Source of the DNA: a bacterium
GTDB lineage: Bacteria; SZUA-182; SZUA-191; JAJRXT01
DNA length: 64,000 nucleotides
Reading direction: 5' to 3'
Assembly: GCA_024276125.1 (NCBI GenBank)
Contig: JAJRXT010000100.1
Coordinates: 45,329 to 109,328 of the forward strand
Position numbers and translations under genes: made by a program. This document shows, piece after piece, positions 1 through 9,045 of the stretch. The notes below the pieces were generated by a model. It was not told where the DNA came from. It worked only from the letters and a program-made list of their open reading frames with translations, and ran no database searches. Every line of letters starts with the position of its first letter. The stretch's first letter is position 1.

Positions 1-163
1 TTAACGCACTTTCCAAAAAACAACGGATAGCGTCTTTAGCCATTTCTCTGGCTTCTTCTAAAGTAGCTCCAAAAGTACAAATCTCAGGAACAGCCGGAAC
101 AATAACATTATATCCGCCTTCTTCAAGGGGCTCAAACAATACTGTATAATTGTATACTTTCAT
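1..163 (-). CDS. HicB-like antitoxin (UPF0150 family), C-terminus cut by window edge
   Basis: Reverse-strand ATG at 161-163. Translation MKVYNYTVLFEPLEEGGYNVIVPAVPEICTFGATLEEAREMAKDAIRCFLESAL stays open to position 1 and has a typical HicB/UPF0150 N-terminal pattern. Too short for the ORF track. Confidence 0.5.
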   Translation of the reverse strand, partial: MKVYNYTVLFEPLEEGGYNVIVPAVPEICTFGATLEEAREMAKDAIRCFLESAL

Positions 164-178
164 GGTTCCCTCAGCATG

Positions 179-577
179 TTATCCCAAACACTTTGTTTTC
201 TGTAACACAAAATCCCTGATGGTCTCAGCAAATTTAACAGACTGTCTGGCATCTTCCAAAGGATAATCATAAAAATCTCCCGGATAGCGAACCTCCACCG
301 CATAGCCTGTTAATATCTCGCATACCTCAGCTAACTCACCAAAGCTATCATCAATCTTTCGACAACTGTTATTAAGCTTTACCAAATCGTGTGTTCTTTC
401 TATTTGTATATTCTGAAAGGTCAGATAGCCTTTTAGATATTTCTCAGCACATTGTTGGCAATGAAAACATATAGTATCTGTTGGAGGATGTTCGTTTTGT
501 ATAATCATCCTAGCAGCAGTCAAATCATTTTCCGCTTTGCGAAACCATTCCTTAACCCATTTCAACTTATTGTTCAT
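179..577 (-). CDS. HEPN domain protein (toxin-like partner of MNT)
   Basis: ORF 179-604. The internal Met (MNNKLKW) at 577 overlaps the upstream nucleotidyltransferase stop by 11 nt. All-helical HEPN-like sequence in a classic MNT-HEPN pair. Confidence 0.7.
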   Translation of the reverse strand: MNNKLKWVKEWFRKAENDLTAARMIIQNEHPPTDTICFHCQQCAEKYLKGYLTFQNIQIERTHDLVKLNNSCRKIDDSFGELAEVCEILTGYAVEVRYPGDFYDYPLEDARQSVKFAETIRDFVLQKTKCLG

Positions 578-875
578 AAAGCAACTTTCCTTGACGAGCA
601 ACAATATAACCCATTGTATTAGGAACTTGAGATTCCTCTTTGAATTCTTCCATTTTATATACCAGCACGTCCAAAGAAAAACAGCGCAAAGGAAACAATT
701 TTCTTACTTGCAGGCTGCGTTTATATTTAGGTCCCGGTATATCTGCAATAATAAGTAAATCAATATCACTGTCAGGCCTGGCCGTATCTTTAGCGTGAGA
801 GCCGAACAAATAGATTCTTTGCGGTTTAATCTGTTTTGCTAATGTTTCCACTATATTATCTATTAGCTTGTGCAT
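567..875 (-). CDS. minimal nucleotidyltransferase (MNT, antitoxin-like)
   Basis: Start taken at MHKLIDN (cat at 873-875). Motif LFGSHAKDTARPDSDIDLLI is the GS...D.D polymerase-beta-type NTase signature. The longer ORF-track start overlaps metF. Confidence 0.75.
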   Translation of the reverse strand: MHKLIDNIVETLAKQIKPQRIYLFGSHAKDTARPDSDIDLLIIADIPGPKYKRSLQVRKLFPLRCFSLDVLVYKMEEFKEESQVPNTMGYIVARQGKLLYEQ

Positions 876-909
876 TATATACTTTTTCTTCCCCCTTGCC
901 TCAAACGAC

Positions 910-1851
910 CTACAAACCGGCCTGCGCCAGTATCTCCGGCACTTTATCTTCCAAACCGATTGCCATGATATGTACGCCGGCGCAGATTTTAGCCTCATGT
1001 AATTGTTTTACCTGACGGGCGGCGATTTGTATGCCTGCTTGTAATTGATTTTTGGCCGCCTGTTGTTTATCATCACCCGCATCGGCTTTGGCTTTTTTTA
1101 ATTCATTTATCAGATTATCGGGCACATTTATACCCGGTACGAATTTGTTAAGATAATTCGCCATACCGGCAGAGCGCAAAAGCAGGATACCGGCTAGGAT
1201 TTTGGCGTCAAACTGTTTTGCGTAATTCATAAAATCTGCGAATTTATCCAGATCATATATAGCTTGGGTTTGAAAAAACTTGGCGCCGGCGGCTATTTTT
1301 TTCTCAAATTTCATAAGCTGCGGTTTTAATGGGTCGGCCTCTGGCGTAACCACGGCGCCGGGAAATAAATCAGTGGCGCCTTGTAATTCATTACCATTAG
1401 GTAACTCTTTTCTACCCATTTTGGTAGCCATATCGCGGCCGGAATTTAAGCGTTCGATAAGCTGTAATAATTGCACGGATTCTATATCAAATACCGGTTT
1501 AGCCTGCGGGTGATCGCCTACCAGAATATGATCGCCGGTCAGCGCCAGCACATTGCGTATACCCAGTACATGAGCGGATAATAAATCAGACTGTATGGCC
1601 AGCCGGTTGCGATCGCGGCAGGTAAGCTGAAACACCGGCTCCAGCCCCTCATCGACAAGCAGATGACATCCGGCAAGCGAGCCTAAGCGCATAACAGAGC
1701 TTTGATTATCGGTTACATTTACCGCATGTACCTTGCCCTTAAGTACGCGGGCATGATGCAGCATTTCGGATATATCGGTACCTTTAGGCGGTCCGGCTTC
1801 CGCGGTGATTACAAATTCACCCTTATCTAGGGCCTCCTTTAATTTACTCAA
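910..1851 (-). CDS. metF: methylenetetrahydrofolate reductase (acetogen MetF type)
   Basis: 313-aa ORF. MSKLKEALDKGEFVITAEAGPPKG...LTCRDRNRLAIQSDLL...LALTGDH matches the MTHFR family. Downstream of metV. Confidence 0.85.
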   Translation of the reverse strand: MSKLKEALDKGEFVITAEAGPPKGTDISEMLHHARVLKGKVHAVNVTDNQSSVMRLGSLAGCHLLVDEGLEPVFQLTCRDRNRLAIQSDLLSAHVLGIRNVLALTGDHILVGDHPQAKPVFDIESVQLLQLIERLNSGRDMATKMGRKELPNGNELQGATDLFPGAVVTPEADPLKPQLMKFEKKIAAGAKFFQTQAIYDLDKFADFMNYAKQFDAKILAGILLLRSAGMANYLNKFVPGINVPDNLINELKKAKADAGDDKQQAAKNQLQAGIQIAARQVKQLHEAKICAGVHIMAIGLEDKVPEILAQAGL

Positions 1852-1911
1852 AATGGTTGCCTCCTTGTTTTCTTATCTTATGTCTGCAAATTTTGTATTA
1901 TTTTTTTTACT

Positions 1912-2021
1912 TGTCATTCTGATTTGTCATTCTGATTTGTCATTCTGAACGAAGCGCAGCGCAGTGAAGAATCTGCTCACGTATGCAAGTAGATTCTTCG
2001 GCCTTCGGCCTCAGAATGACG
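1912..2021 (-). repeat. Family-A nested palindrome, copy 1, left terminus tandemly triplicated
   Basis: TGTCATTCTGA occurs at 1912, 1925 and 1938. Core 1938-2020 has the GAAGAATCT/AGATTCTTC inner stem and a GGCCTTCGGCC hairpin. Confidence 0.9.
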
Positions 2022-2051
2022 GCTTAAGAACGACTCAGAGCATATCTATAT

Positions 2052-2711
2052 TTACGCTCTCTTTTTGCGTTCGATTTTTCTTTTACGCGGTTTTTCGGCG
2101 CTGGAATAATCTTTAGGCGCGCGCATAACACGCATTTTATCTAATTGTCCTAATTTCTCCAAGCGGTTATATATCCTAACCCAGGCGCATTCGCGATCAG
2201 GGTCAAGCTCGCACTTGCCGTGGTCTACGCCGCCGCAGGGACCGTTTAACAGGCCCTTGGGACAATTGGTAATAGGGCATATTCCGGCAGTTTCATTTAT
2301 AATACAGCTTCCGCATAATGAGCAATGTTCCGAAAACTGGCCGAATCGCTCTACATTACCCAAAAACAGGGTGTCATTAGCGGTATATACGGGTTTATCC
2401 ATAAATTCGGCAAAGCTCTGCGCACCTGCGCCGCAGGCCATAACTAAAAGCGCTTGCGCTGTGTCTAGTTCGGCTTTATGCTTGCGCAACTCGCGTTTCA
2501 TATTTAAGATATGGCAGGCGGATTCCCCTATAATATGCCCAGTTATTTGTTTGCCTTGCTCTTCAAGCTCTTTTTGCATATGCGCAACCTGATCCTCCCC
2601 GCCGGTCTGACACACCGTAGCGCATTCCCCGCAGCCTATTAAGAATACCCGCTGTACATCCTTTAGACAATCCAATATTTCATCTAATGGTTTTCGTCTG
2701 CTGATTATCAT
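2052..2711 (-). CDS. metV: methylene-THF reductase C-terminal-domain Fe-S/zinc protein (MetV)
   Basis: 219-aa Cys-rich ORF with the CPKGLLNGPCGG motif typical of MTHFR_C proteins. Lies directly upstream of metF. Confidence 0.75.
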   Translation of the reverse strand: MIISRRKPLDEILDCLKDVQRVFLIGCGECATVCQTGGEDQVAHMQKELEEQGKQITGHIIGESACHILNMKRELRKHKAELDTAQALLVMACGAGAQSFAEFMDKPVYTANDTLFLGNVERFGQFSEHCSLCGSCIINETAGICPITNCPKGLLNGPCGGVDHGKCELDPDRECAWVRIYNRLEKLGQLDKMRVMRAPKDYSSAEKPRKRKIERKKRA

Positions 2712-2771
2712 TTTATATTCTCCTTATTTATCTTATTCCCATGTAAATGGGGAATTATTTGCTTCTCTTTC

Positions 2772-2858
2772 TGTCATTCTTAAACGCAGCGCAAGCGCAG
2801 TGAAGAATCTGTCCCCATATGCGAGCAGATTCTTCGGCTTTCGGCCTTAAGAATGACA
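2772..2858 (-). repeat. Family-A nested palindrome, copy 2
   Basis: TGTCATTCTTA...TTAAGAATGACA termini, inner GAAGAATCT/AGATTCTTC stem, GGCTTTCGGCC hairpin. Confidence 0.9.
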
Positions 2859-2907
2859 GCAATAATAAACCCAAAAACTTACAATACTCTGTCTTTGCTT
2901 CCTGAAT

Positions 2908-3267
2908 TCATACAGGGACCCCGAGCGTTAAAACATTTTTACTGAATCTGGTTTTATGGATTTTATTCTTTTCAAACTCATGATCAGTTAAAATTATCGG
3001 GGAAATATTGGCTTGATATTGTAGGTCTATTTCATTGGCTATCTCACAGATTTTATCGCGTATCTCCCAAGTTTTTTTCTTAACTAAAATTAAAATATCA
3101 ATATCCGATTCAGCATCAAAATCACCGGTAATCTTAGAGCCGAATATTATCATCTCTACAATATTATCCCCGAATGCCTTGCGCACCTTATCTATAAAAG
3201 TTTGCACCCCATGTTTTTCCGCTGGGACTAAAAAATGTTGCGCTTTGTTGGTCATGTTTATTTTCAT
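2908..3267 (-). CDS. nucleotidyltransferase domain protein (solo MNT)
   Basis: Motif IIFGSKITGDFDAESDIDILILV. No HEPN partner ORF; the downstream 196 nt hold a Family-A repeat instead. Confidence 0.7.
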   Translation of the reverse strand: MKINMTNKAQHFLVPAEKHGVQTFIDKVRKAFGDNIVEMIIFGSKITGDFDAESDIDILILVKKKTWEIRDKICEIANEIDLQYQANISPIILTDHEFEKNKIHKTRFSKNVLTLGVPV

Positions 3268-3362
3268 GTTTCTGTCTTAACTGACTTGTTGTTTAGGAAT
3301 TTCAAAATTGGTAGTCGGGCCAGTCCCTTAAGCCCGACCCCTGACGGCCAATGCTGTTTAGC

Positions 3363-3448
3363 TGTCATTCTGAGGCCGGAGGCCGAAGAATCTACCCGCA
3401 TACTGGAGTAAAGATTCTTCACTGCGCTCCGCTTCGTTCAGAATGACA
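3363..3448 (+). repeat. Family-A nested palindrome, copy 3
   Basis: TGTCATTCTGAGGCCGGAGGCCGAAGAATCT...AGATTCTTCACTGCGCTCCGCTTCGTTCAGAATGACA. Confidence 0.9.
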
Positions 3449-3494
3449 AAATAGGGGTTTTCAGACTTTTTACGAAACCGACTAGATAGTATTG

Positions 3495-5075
3495 TTAATT
3501 ATGTTTTAACTGAAAAATTATCTCCGAATAAGGCGATTTATCCCTTTCCGTTCTATTTAGCACCGGTCTTTTAAACCGGTTTACAATTTTAAGCTTAGAT
3601 TTATCGGCAATTTGGGGATAAAGGTTATTTTTATCATTAGCTACTAAGAATATATCAAAATCATCCGCTAAATATTTCCTGCAATTTATAAGTACGGCTG
3701 AGATTCCTTCAATATAAGAGCGTTTTGCCTCCAGAGCGCGTCCTTTGTATAAAGGGCCTATTTCCAGATCATCTTGCCGTATAAAGCCAAAAAGATCATA
3801 GGCATAGGCATGCTGCCTGTGATAGTCAATCTGCCCTACATATGGCGGGGAGGTGAATATACCCTTTATTTTATTTTTCTGATATATTTCGTATAATTTT
3901 TCATCTTTATCTTTAATTTCATGCTCAAGATTGATTGTTCTTGAATCTGCCGATATGACCAAAGAACGGGCATCTGTTTTTAAATTCTTAAATTCTCTAA
4001 GCCGCCTAATTGTGTCGTTAGCATATCGGTTAAACCAATATTTAACTGAAAACAGCGGCTTACAGATTTTTTTATGCTTCCAGCAATAATAAGTTGTAAG
4101 CTGCGGCTCCTTTAATGTAGCTAAATCAGAATGAGTGGTAGCCCTGCATGAGCGTATAGTTCTGCTTAAAATTACAGCTAATGCCTGCCTATTTTTTATA
4201 TCAGTATTTTTTTTAAGCAGACTAAAAACAAACTCTATTTCTTTGCGGACATTTTTTATATACCATTTATCCAAAAAAGTTTTGTTATTATCCTGTTTAA
4301 GCTCTATTTTATATTTGTTTATTAAATCATTATAAACATTTAAAAATAACTGTTCTTTATCTATCGCATATTTAGTCTCATCAATTTCGCCTTGATAAAC
4401 CCTTCTTTTAAAATCCGGTCCCGGAAAATATTTCCGATTGAATTTTTGTAATTCACCGGAAAGCTCTTTTTCAAAAGACGATATATTTTCATTTGCTTCA
4501 AATAAAGCAACAGCTTTTTGAATCCGCCTTAATTCTTCAGCTAAATTATCCAGTTCATAATCAAATAATTTTACCTGCGCAATCATACAATTAAATTTTG
4601 AAATATCAATACCAATACTATGAATACCCAATTCATTCGCCTGAACTAATGTTGTACCGGAGCCTGAAAAGGGGTCTAAGATTATATCTCCATTTTTTAA
4701 ATATGTTGCCTTCTTAAAATTATCAGTATGATCATCTATAAAATAGTTAACTAGTTGAGGAATAAATTTACCTTTATAAGGATGCAGTCTATGAACGTGT
4801 TTAGTGGTATCCTTTTCGCACAAATTATCAAAAGAAAGCGCCCAGTTCAGATCATCTCCCAATCTCTTTTTCCATGTTAATTCACGTTGACCGTTGTAGG
4901 ACTTATAATATTGCTTAAGCTCAACAATATTAACCAAGGGAGAACCATTATCACCATATTTTTGCAGCTTCCCGTATTGAACCAAATAGGAAATATTGGA
5001 TATGGTAATGTTTTTATTTAAATATCCCGCCGCCCATAGGCTGGCTTGTTTTAAGGTAACTAATTGTTTGGTCAT
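3495..5075 (-). CDS. orphan DNA methyltransferase (N6-adenine/N4-cytosine type)
   Basis: 526-aa ORF. HPYKGKF...DPFSGSGTT AdoMet-binding block in the N-terminal third and the catalytic TSPPY motif near the C-terminus. Visibly AT-rich. No adjacent endonuclease ORF. Confidence 0.75.
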   Translation of the reverse strand: MTKQLVTLKQASLWAAGYLNKNITISNISYLVQYGKLQKYGDNGSPLVNIVELKQYYKSYNGQRELTWKKRLGDDLNWALSFDNLCEKDTTKHVHRLHPYKGKFIPQLVNYFIDDHTDNFKKATYLKNGDIILDPFSGSGTTLVQANELGIHSIGIDISKFNCMIAQVKLFDYELDNLAEELRRIQKAVALFEANENISSFEKELSGELQKFNRKYFPGPDFKRRVYQGEIDETKYAIDKEQLFLNVYNDLINKYKIELKQDNNKTFLDKWYIKNVRKEIEFVFSLLKKNTDIKNRQALAVILSRTIRSCRATTHSDLATLKEPQLTTYYCWKHKKICKPLFSVKYWFNRYANDTIRRLREFKNLKTDARSLVISADSRTINLEHEIKDKDEKLYEIYQKNKIKGIFTSPPYVGQIDYHRQHAYAYDLFGFIRQDDLEIGPLYKGRALEAKRSYIEGISAVLINCRKYLADDFDIFLVANDKNNLYPQIADKSKLKIVNRFKRPVLNRTERDKSPYSEIIFQLKHN

Positions 5076-5086
5076 TGTATTTTAGT

Positions 5087-5347
5087 TTATCTTCTGTAAA
5101 TATCCCGCCGATGCCTTACCCGCATTATCCTGACTAATTGTTTATCCTCTTTGATTTCATATAGTACCCTATATTCACCTATCCGAATGCGCCAATCATT
5201 CTTTTTTGAACCACTGATTTTACAACAGCCTGTAGGTCTTGGGTTTTGGGCTAAGTCTTTAATATGAGTAATAATGCGAAAAAAATATTTACTGGATAGA
5301 CGTCTAAGGTCCTTCTCTGCCGCCCGTTCCAAATATATTTCATACAT
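5087..5347 (-). CDS. RelE/ParE family toxin
   Basis: 86 aa, MYEIYLERAAEKDLRRL...WRIRIGEYRVLYEI pattern. Overlaps the upstream antitoxin by 8 nt. Confidence 0.75.
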   Translation of the reverse strand: MYEIYLERAAEKDLRRLSSKYFFRIITHIKDLAQNPRPTGCCKISGSKKNDWRIRIGEYRVLYEIKEDKQLVRIMRVRHRRDIYRR

Positions 5348-5549
5348 GCGGTGAATACTCTGTCAGAAAGTCTTCCAGTTTCCTAAACTTAAGCGGTTCT
5401 TTGCGCATCTCTTCTAACAGCTTTAAATCATCTATATCCGCCAGACGCTCCAGCATTTCTTTATATTCATCTATATCCAGAATTACCCTTACTGCTTTAC
5501 CATTGCGAAAGATAATTTCCGGTTGTTTTGTTTTGATTTTTGCTTCCAT
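5340..5549 (-). CDS. Phd/YefM-like antitoxin
   Basis: 69 aa, ...IIFRNGKAVRVILDIDEYKEMLERL.... Translationally coupled to the RelE/ParE toxin. Confidence 0.65.
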   Translation of the reverse strand: MEAKIKTKQPEIIFRNGKAVRVILDIDEYKEMLERLADIDDLKLLEEMRKEPLKFRKLEDFLTEYSPHV

Positions 5550-5554
5550 AGCAT

Positions 5555-6007
5555 TTACCTCGCTTTGTTTTGCTGCACCCCTTGTACAAAATCATTAATC
5601 AGTTCTTCAAATCTGTCTAAATCAATCAGATTATCCTTTAGAATCCGGCAGACTCTATTATCATCTACCTCGCCATACATATGTACCAATACATTACGAA
5701 AACGAGCCATTTCTTGTAGGTTGCGGGCAAATTTTTTATCTACAATACCCAAATTGGCAAGTTGTACAAAACAATCGGCATAATCCTGTGGCGCCCGAGA
5801 CTCAGATTTAGCCACAATATGATAACAAATATCAATAGCAGCCTGAACAGCTATTATCAGATTATATTTTATTAAGTCTAATTTTTGTTCATCAGCCAAA
5901 AGCTCATCAACCGTAAACACAGCTAATCTTCTTAGCTTGCCTCGAGCCTTGTGCAAATCTCCCATTAAAGATACAAGGCGGTTTATGTTAATTTTGGCGT
6001 TGTGCAT
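5555..6007 (-). CDS. hepT: HepT-type HEPN toxin (DUF86)
   Basis: 150 aa with the R-x4-H motif (RFRNVLVHMY). 1-nt overlap with the upstream MntA-like gene. Confidence 0.8.
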   Translation of the reverse strand: MHNAKININRLVSLMGDLHKARGKLRRLAVFTVDELLADEQKLDLIKYNLIIAVQAAIDICYHIVAKSESRAPQDYADCFVQLANLGIVDKKFARNLQEMARFRNVLVHMYGEVDDNRVCRILKDNLIDLDRFEELINDFVQGVQQNKAR

Positions 6008-6432
6008 TATTTCTCCAGCATTTCCTTTAAAAAGCGTCTCATCGTAGGCAATTGGTCAAAATACAGGCTCCAGATTATACCCACAACATACGCCCGCATC
6101 TCATCATCGCGGCAGGTTAGAATCTTACCGGTAGTTATATGATATTTAAAGCCTATTGGCGCATAATTTAATACTTTGGCGTCAATCGGCAGCTTGATTT
6201 TTTCTTCCAGCGCAGCGCTTAACCTGAAACCATAGAATAGCGCATCATCCTGCGATACTTGCTTCTCATCCACATATACCGCTACATCCACATCGCGGAA
6301 ATATCTGCCATCCACAAATGAGCCGTGCAGGTAGGAAAAGATTATCTCTTTACGCTGCGCCAGTCCTGCTTTAAGCTGGCTGATAACCGCATCTTTCTGC
6401 GCCTTGGTAAATGTTTTGGGTTTAATCATCAT
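6007..6432 (-). CDS. mntA: MntA-type nucleotidyltransferase antitoxin
   Basis: Motif YLHGSFVDGRYFRDVDVAVYV. Start moved to MMIKPK (6432) because the ORF-track N-terminus runs into a repeat hairpin. Confidence 0.75.
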   Translation of the reverse strand: MMIKPKTFTKAQKDAVISQLKAGLAQRKEIIFSYLHGSFVDGRYFRDVDVAVYVDEKQVSQDDALFYGFRLSAALEEKIKLPIDAKVLNYAPIGFKYHITTGKILTCRDDEMRAYVVGIIWSLYFDQLPTMRRFLKEMLEK

Positions 6433-6492
6433 ATTACATAAGCGTGTCTTAAAGACCAAAGAAATCATTAAGGACAACACATACCTATAATT

Positions 6493-6517
6493 GTTTCGGC
6501 TTGAGACAAGCCGAAAC
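6493..6517. repeat. Family-B hairpin (GTTTCGG...CCGAAAC), single
   Basis: GTTTCGGCTTGAGACAAGCCGAAAC, perfect 11-bp stem. Confidence 0.85.
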
Positions 6518-6538
6518 ATCGAAGAACTCTTTTTAGCC

Positions 6539-6622
6539 TGTCATTCTGAGACTGGAAGCCGAAAAATCTGCTCGCATACGTAGGTAGATTCTTCACTCCA
6601 CTCCGTTTCGTTCAGAATGACA
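6539..6622 (+). repeat. Family-A nested palindrome, copy 4
   Basis: Termini, inner stem and central GCTCGCATACGTAGGT segment all present. Confidence 0.9.
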
Positions 6623-6699
6623 AAGTTAAAACCTATTATAGAAACATAGACCCCAAAACACAATACTGTTGACTTAAGGTGAATAGCTCTTAATTGGCC

Positions 6700-6786
6700 T
6701 GTCATTCTGAGGCTGGAGGCCGAAGAATCTCCCCCCGCAGCAACAAGTAGATTCTTCATTTCGCTTCGCTTTCATTCAGAATGACA
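6700..6786 (+). repeat. Family-A nested palindrome, copy 5
   Basis: Preceded by module CACAATACTGTTGACTTAAGG (6659-6679). Termini and inner stem intact. Confidence 0.9.
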
Positions 6787-6819
6787 GCTACAGAAAACAT
6801 TTTTATGTCGAATTTAAGG

Positions 6820-7665
6820 TTACATAATCGCATGACGCATGGTATCTACCGGCGCTTTTTTACCCGTCCATATTTCAAAGGCTGCCGCCCCCTGATAGAT
6901 CAGCATACCCAGCCCGTTTAATATACTTGCGCCCTTTAACTGCGCCTGCTCCAATAACTTGGTTTTAGCCGGATTATAGATCAGATCGCATACCAATTGC
7001 CCCGCATGCAGGGCATCCGTACTTATCGGCGGATTATCATCTGCTTTTAATCCTATAGACGTACAATTTATTATAATATCAGCCTGCCCGATAACATCGC
7101 TTAAATGTTTACCTGAAAGCCCCAAATAATGTATATCAGAGCCATTATACGCCCGCTTCAGCCTATCGGCTAGTTCCTTGGCCTTGCTTATGGTGCGGTT
7201 GGCTATGCTTATACAGCCGGCGCCGGCTGTTGCCAGAGATATACCCAATGCCTGAGCCGCGCCGCCGGCGCCTATCAACAAGATATTTTTTCCGCATACA
7301 TCTATTCCCGCATCCGCTTCTAATGAGGATACAAAACCACGCCCGTCGGTATTATAACCGATAAGGCGTCCGTCTTTGTGTAAGATAGTATTTACCGCTC
7401 CCAAAAGTCCTGCTTCTTCGGTTAATTCATCCAAAAAGGGGATCACCTTTTGCTTGTGCGGTACGGTTATATTAACCCCGGCCATATTTAGAGCCCGAAT
7501 ACTCTCCACAGCCTGCCCCAGCTTATCCGGCGCCACCTGAAACGGTAAATATATATAATCCAATCCCAATTGCCCAAAAGCCGCATTGTGCATCTTCGGC
7601 GAATACGTATGCCCTATAGGATAGCCGAAAATTCCCGCAACTTTTGTCTGCCCGCTTATTATCAA
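6820..7665 (-). CDS. aroE: shikimate dehydrogenase
   Basis: 281 aa. GIFGYPIGHTYSPKMHNAAF and GAGGAA NADP-binding motifs. Confidence 0.85.
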   Translation of the reverse strand: MIISGQTKVAGIFGYPIGHTYSPKMHNAAFGQLGLDYIYLPFQVAPDKLGQAVESIRALNMAGVNITVPHKQKVIPFLDELTEEAGLLGAVNTILHKDGRLIGYNTDGRGFVSSLEADAGIDVCGKNILLIGAGGAAQALGISLATAGAGCISIANRTISKAKELADRLKRAYNGSDIHYLGLSGKHLSDVIGQADIIINCTSIGLKADDNPPISTDALHAGQLVCDLIYNPAKTKLLEQAQLKGASILNGLGMLIYQGAAAFEIWTGKKAPVDTMRHAIM

Positions 7666-8783
7666 GCTGATAATACCTCCCTATAGTAGTCTTCGTATAA
7701 ACTGATAACCTTTTCTTCGGAAAATTTAGTTATAGCCAGATTGCGTCCATAATTACCCATATCCTCCGCCAATTTTTCATCTTGCAATATTTCTACAGCA
7801 TATTTACTCATTTGCGCTATATCGCCGATTGGCGCTAAAAAACCGCTTTTTTCATGTACTACAACTTCAGGTAAGCCCCCTACATCTGAAGCTATAACCG
7901 GCGCTTGACAGCTCATAGCTTCCAAAGCCGCCAGACCGAATGATTCCATATCAGATGGTAGTAAGAATAAATCGGATATACCCAACACATCTTCCACCTT
8001 TTCCAGATTATGTAAAAACCTGACCCGCTTTTGCAATCTAAGCCGTGAGACCAATTCCAAAGCGCGGGCAAATTCCGGGCCTTCTCCCACCAGCAGCAAT
8101 TTGGCCGGTATTTCTTTTACTATTTTTTCAAAAACCAAAATTACATCAGTTACCCGCTTTAATGCCCTGAAATTGGAAATATGAGTGATTATCTTTTCTT
8201 TAGGAAGCGCATAAAGCCGCCTTAACTTGGCATCTTGCCTGCTAATAAAACGGTCAGTATCTACAAAATTGGGAATTACCCTGATCTCACACTTAGTACA
8301 AAACTCTTCTTTAGTAACTCTTGCTAAATATTCAGATACCGATGTTACGCCATTATTTTTTTCAATAGCATATTTGGTCACTCTGAAGTAAGAAGGATCA
8401 AGCCCTACTAAGCGGATATCAGTACCATGTAATGTAGTGATGATCTTGACCGGTTTATCCTCCACCATTTGCTGCGCTAGGTGAGCGGAAGTCGAATGAG
8501 GCACCGCATAATGGGCATGTATTAATTCCAAATTGTATTTTTCGATAATCTCAGCGGTTTTGGAGGCCAGCGCCAAGGTATAGGGAGGAAATTTAAATAA
8601 AGGATAACCCACCACATCAACTAAGTGAAAAAAAATATTATTACTGCCGGCGCTTAATCTGACCGGCAGATTATAGCAGATAAAATGCACCTCATGCCCG
8701 CGGGCGCCCAGACTTTTTCCCAACTCAGTAGCAATTACCCCGCTGCCTCCAAAAGAAGGATAACAGATAATACCTATTTTCAT
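7662..8783 (-). CDS. bshA: GT4 glycosyltransferase, BshA-like (N-acetylglucosaminyl-malate synthase)
   Basis: N-terminus MKIGIICYPSFGGSGVIATELGKSLGARGHEVHFI is BshA-like. Lies next to a PIG-L deacetylase gene. Confidence 0.7.
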   Translation of the reverse strand: MKIGIICYPSFGGSGVIATELGKSLGARGHEVHFICYNLPVRLSAGSNNIFFHLVDVVGYPLFKFPPYTLALASKTAEIIEKYNLELIHAHYAVPHSTSAHLAQQMVEDKPVKIITTLHGTDIRLVGLDPSYFRVTKYAIEKNNGVTSVSEYLARVTKEEFCTKCEIRVIPNFVDTDRFISRQDAKLRRLYALPKEKIITHISNFRALKRVTDVILVFEKIVKEIPAKLLLVGEGPEFARALELVSRLRLQKRVRFLHNLEKVEDVLGISDLFLLPSDMESFGLAALEAMSCQAPVIASDVGGLPEVVVHEKSGFLAPIGDIAQMSKYAVEILQDEKLAEDMGNYGRNLAITKFSEEKVISLYEDYYREVLSA

Positions 8784-8803
8784 AAGCGATAAATCTCTTC
8801 AAT

Positions 8804-8875
8804 GTTTCGGTTTGTCCTCAAGCCGAAACCACTAAGTGCGTCTTTTAACAGTTTCAGCTTGAGGACAGGCCGAAA
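8804..8875. repeat. Family-B hairpin doublet (subfamily B2)
   Basis: GTTTCGGTTTGTCCTCAAGCCGAAAC, a 21-nt linker, then GTTTCAGCTTGAGGACAGGCCGAAAC. Confidence 0.85.
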
Positions 8876-8892
8876 CATTGACTTAAGGTCAC

Positions 8893-8977
8893 TGTCATTC
8901 TGAATGAAGCAAAGCGGAATGAAGAATCTCTCCAGCAATAGCAGGCAGATTCTTCGGCCTACGGCCTCAGAATGACA
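8893..8977 (-). repeat. Family-A nested palindrome, copy 6
   Basis: Termini and inner stem intact. GGCCTACGGCC hairpin at the 3' side. Confidence 0.9.
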
Positions 8978-9045
8978 GACTAAAAAGGGCGTATATAGAT
9001 TTAAGTCAATTGTATTGGGACGAGCCTTCCCCTACAAAAGACTTT

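Noticed and set aside
3363-3448. Hammerhead-ribozyme-like string CTGA-GGCCGGAGGCC-GAA in Family-A
   Set aside because: It resembles the classic CUGAUGA-GGCCGAAAGGCC-GAAAC core but lacks U7-G8-A9. Its CUGA is base-paired with UCAG of the other terminus, and about 24 nt separate the would-be stem III from stem I. The three-way junction geometry is not satisfied.
6541-6759. 72-aa ORF on the minus strand
   Set aside because: It lies entirely within Family-A copies 4 and 5 and their flanking modules. Its sequence is repeat-derived (compare the similar 'proteins' at 26902, 43206, 48361 and 61289) and it has no RBS.
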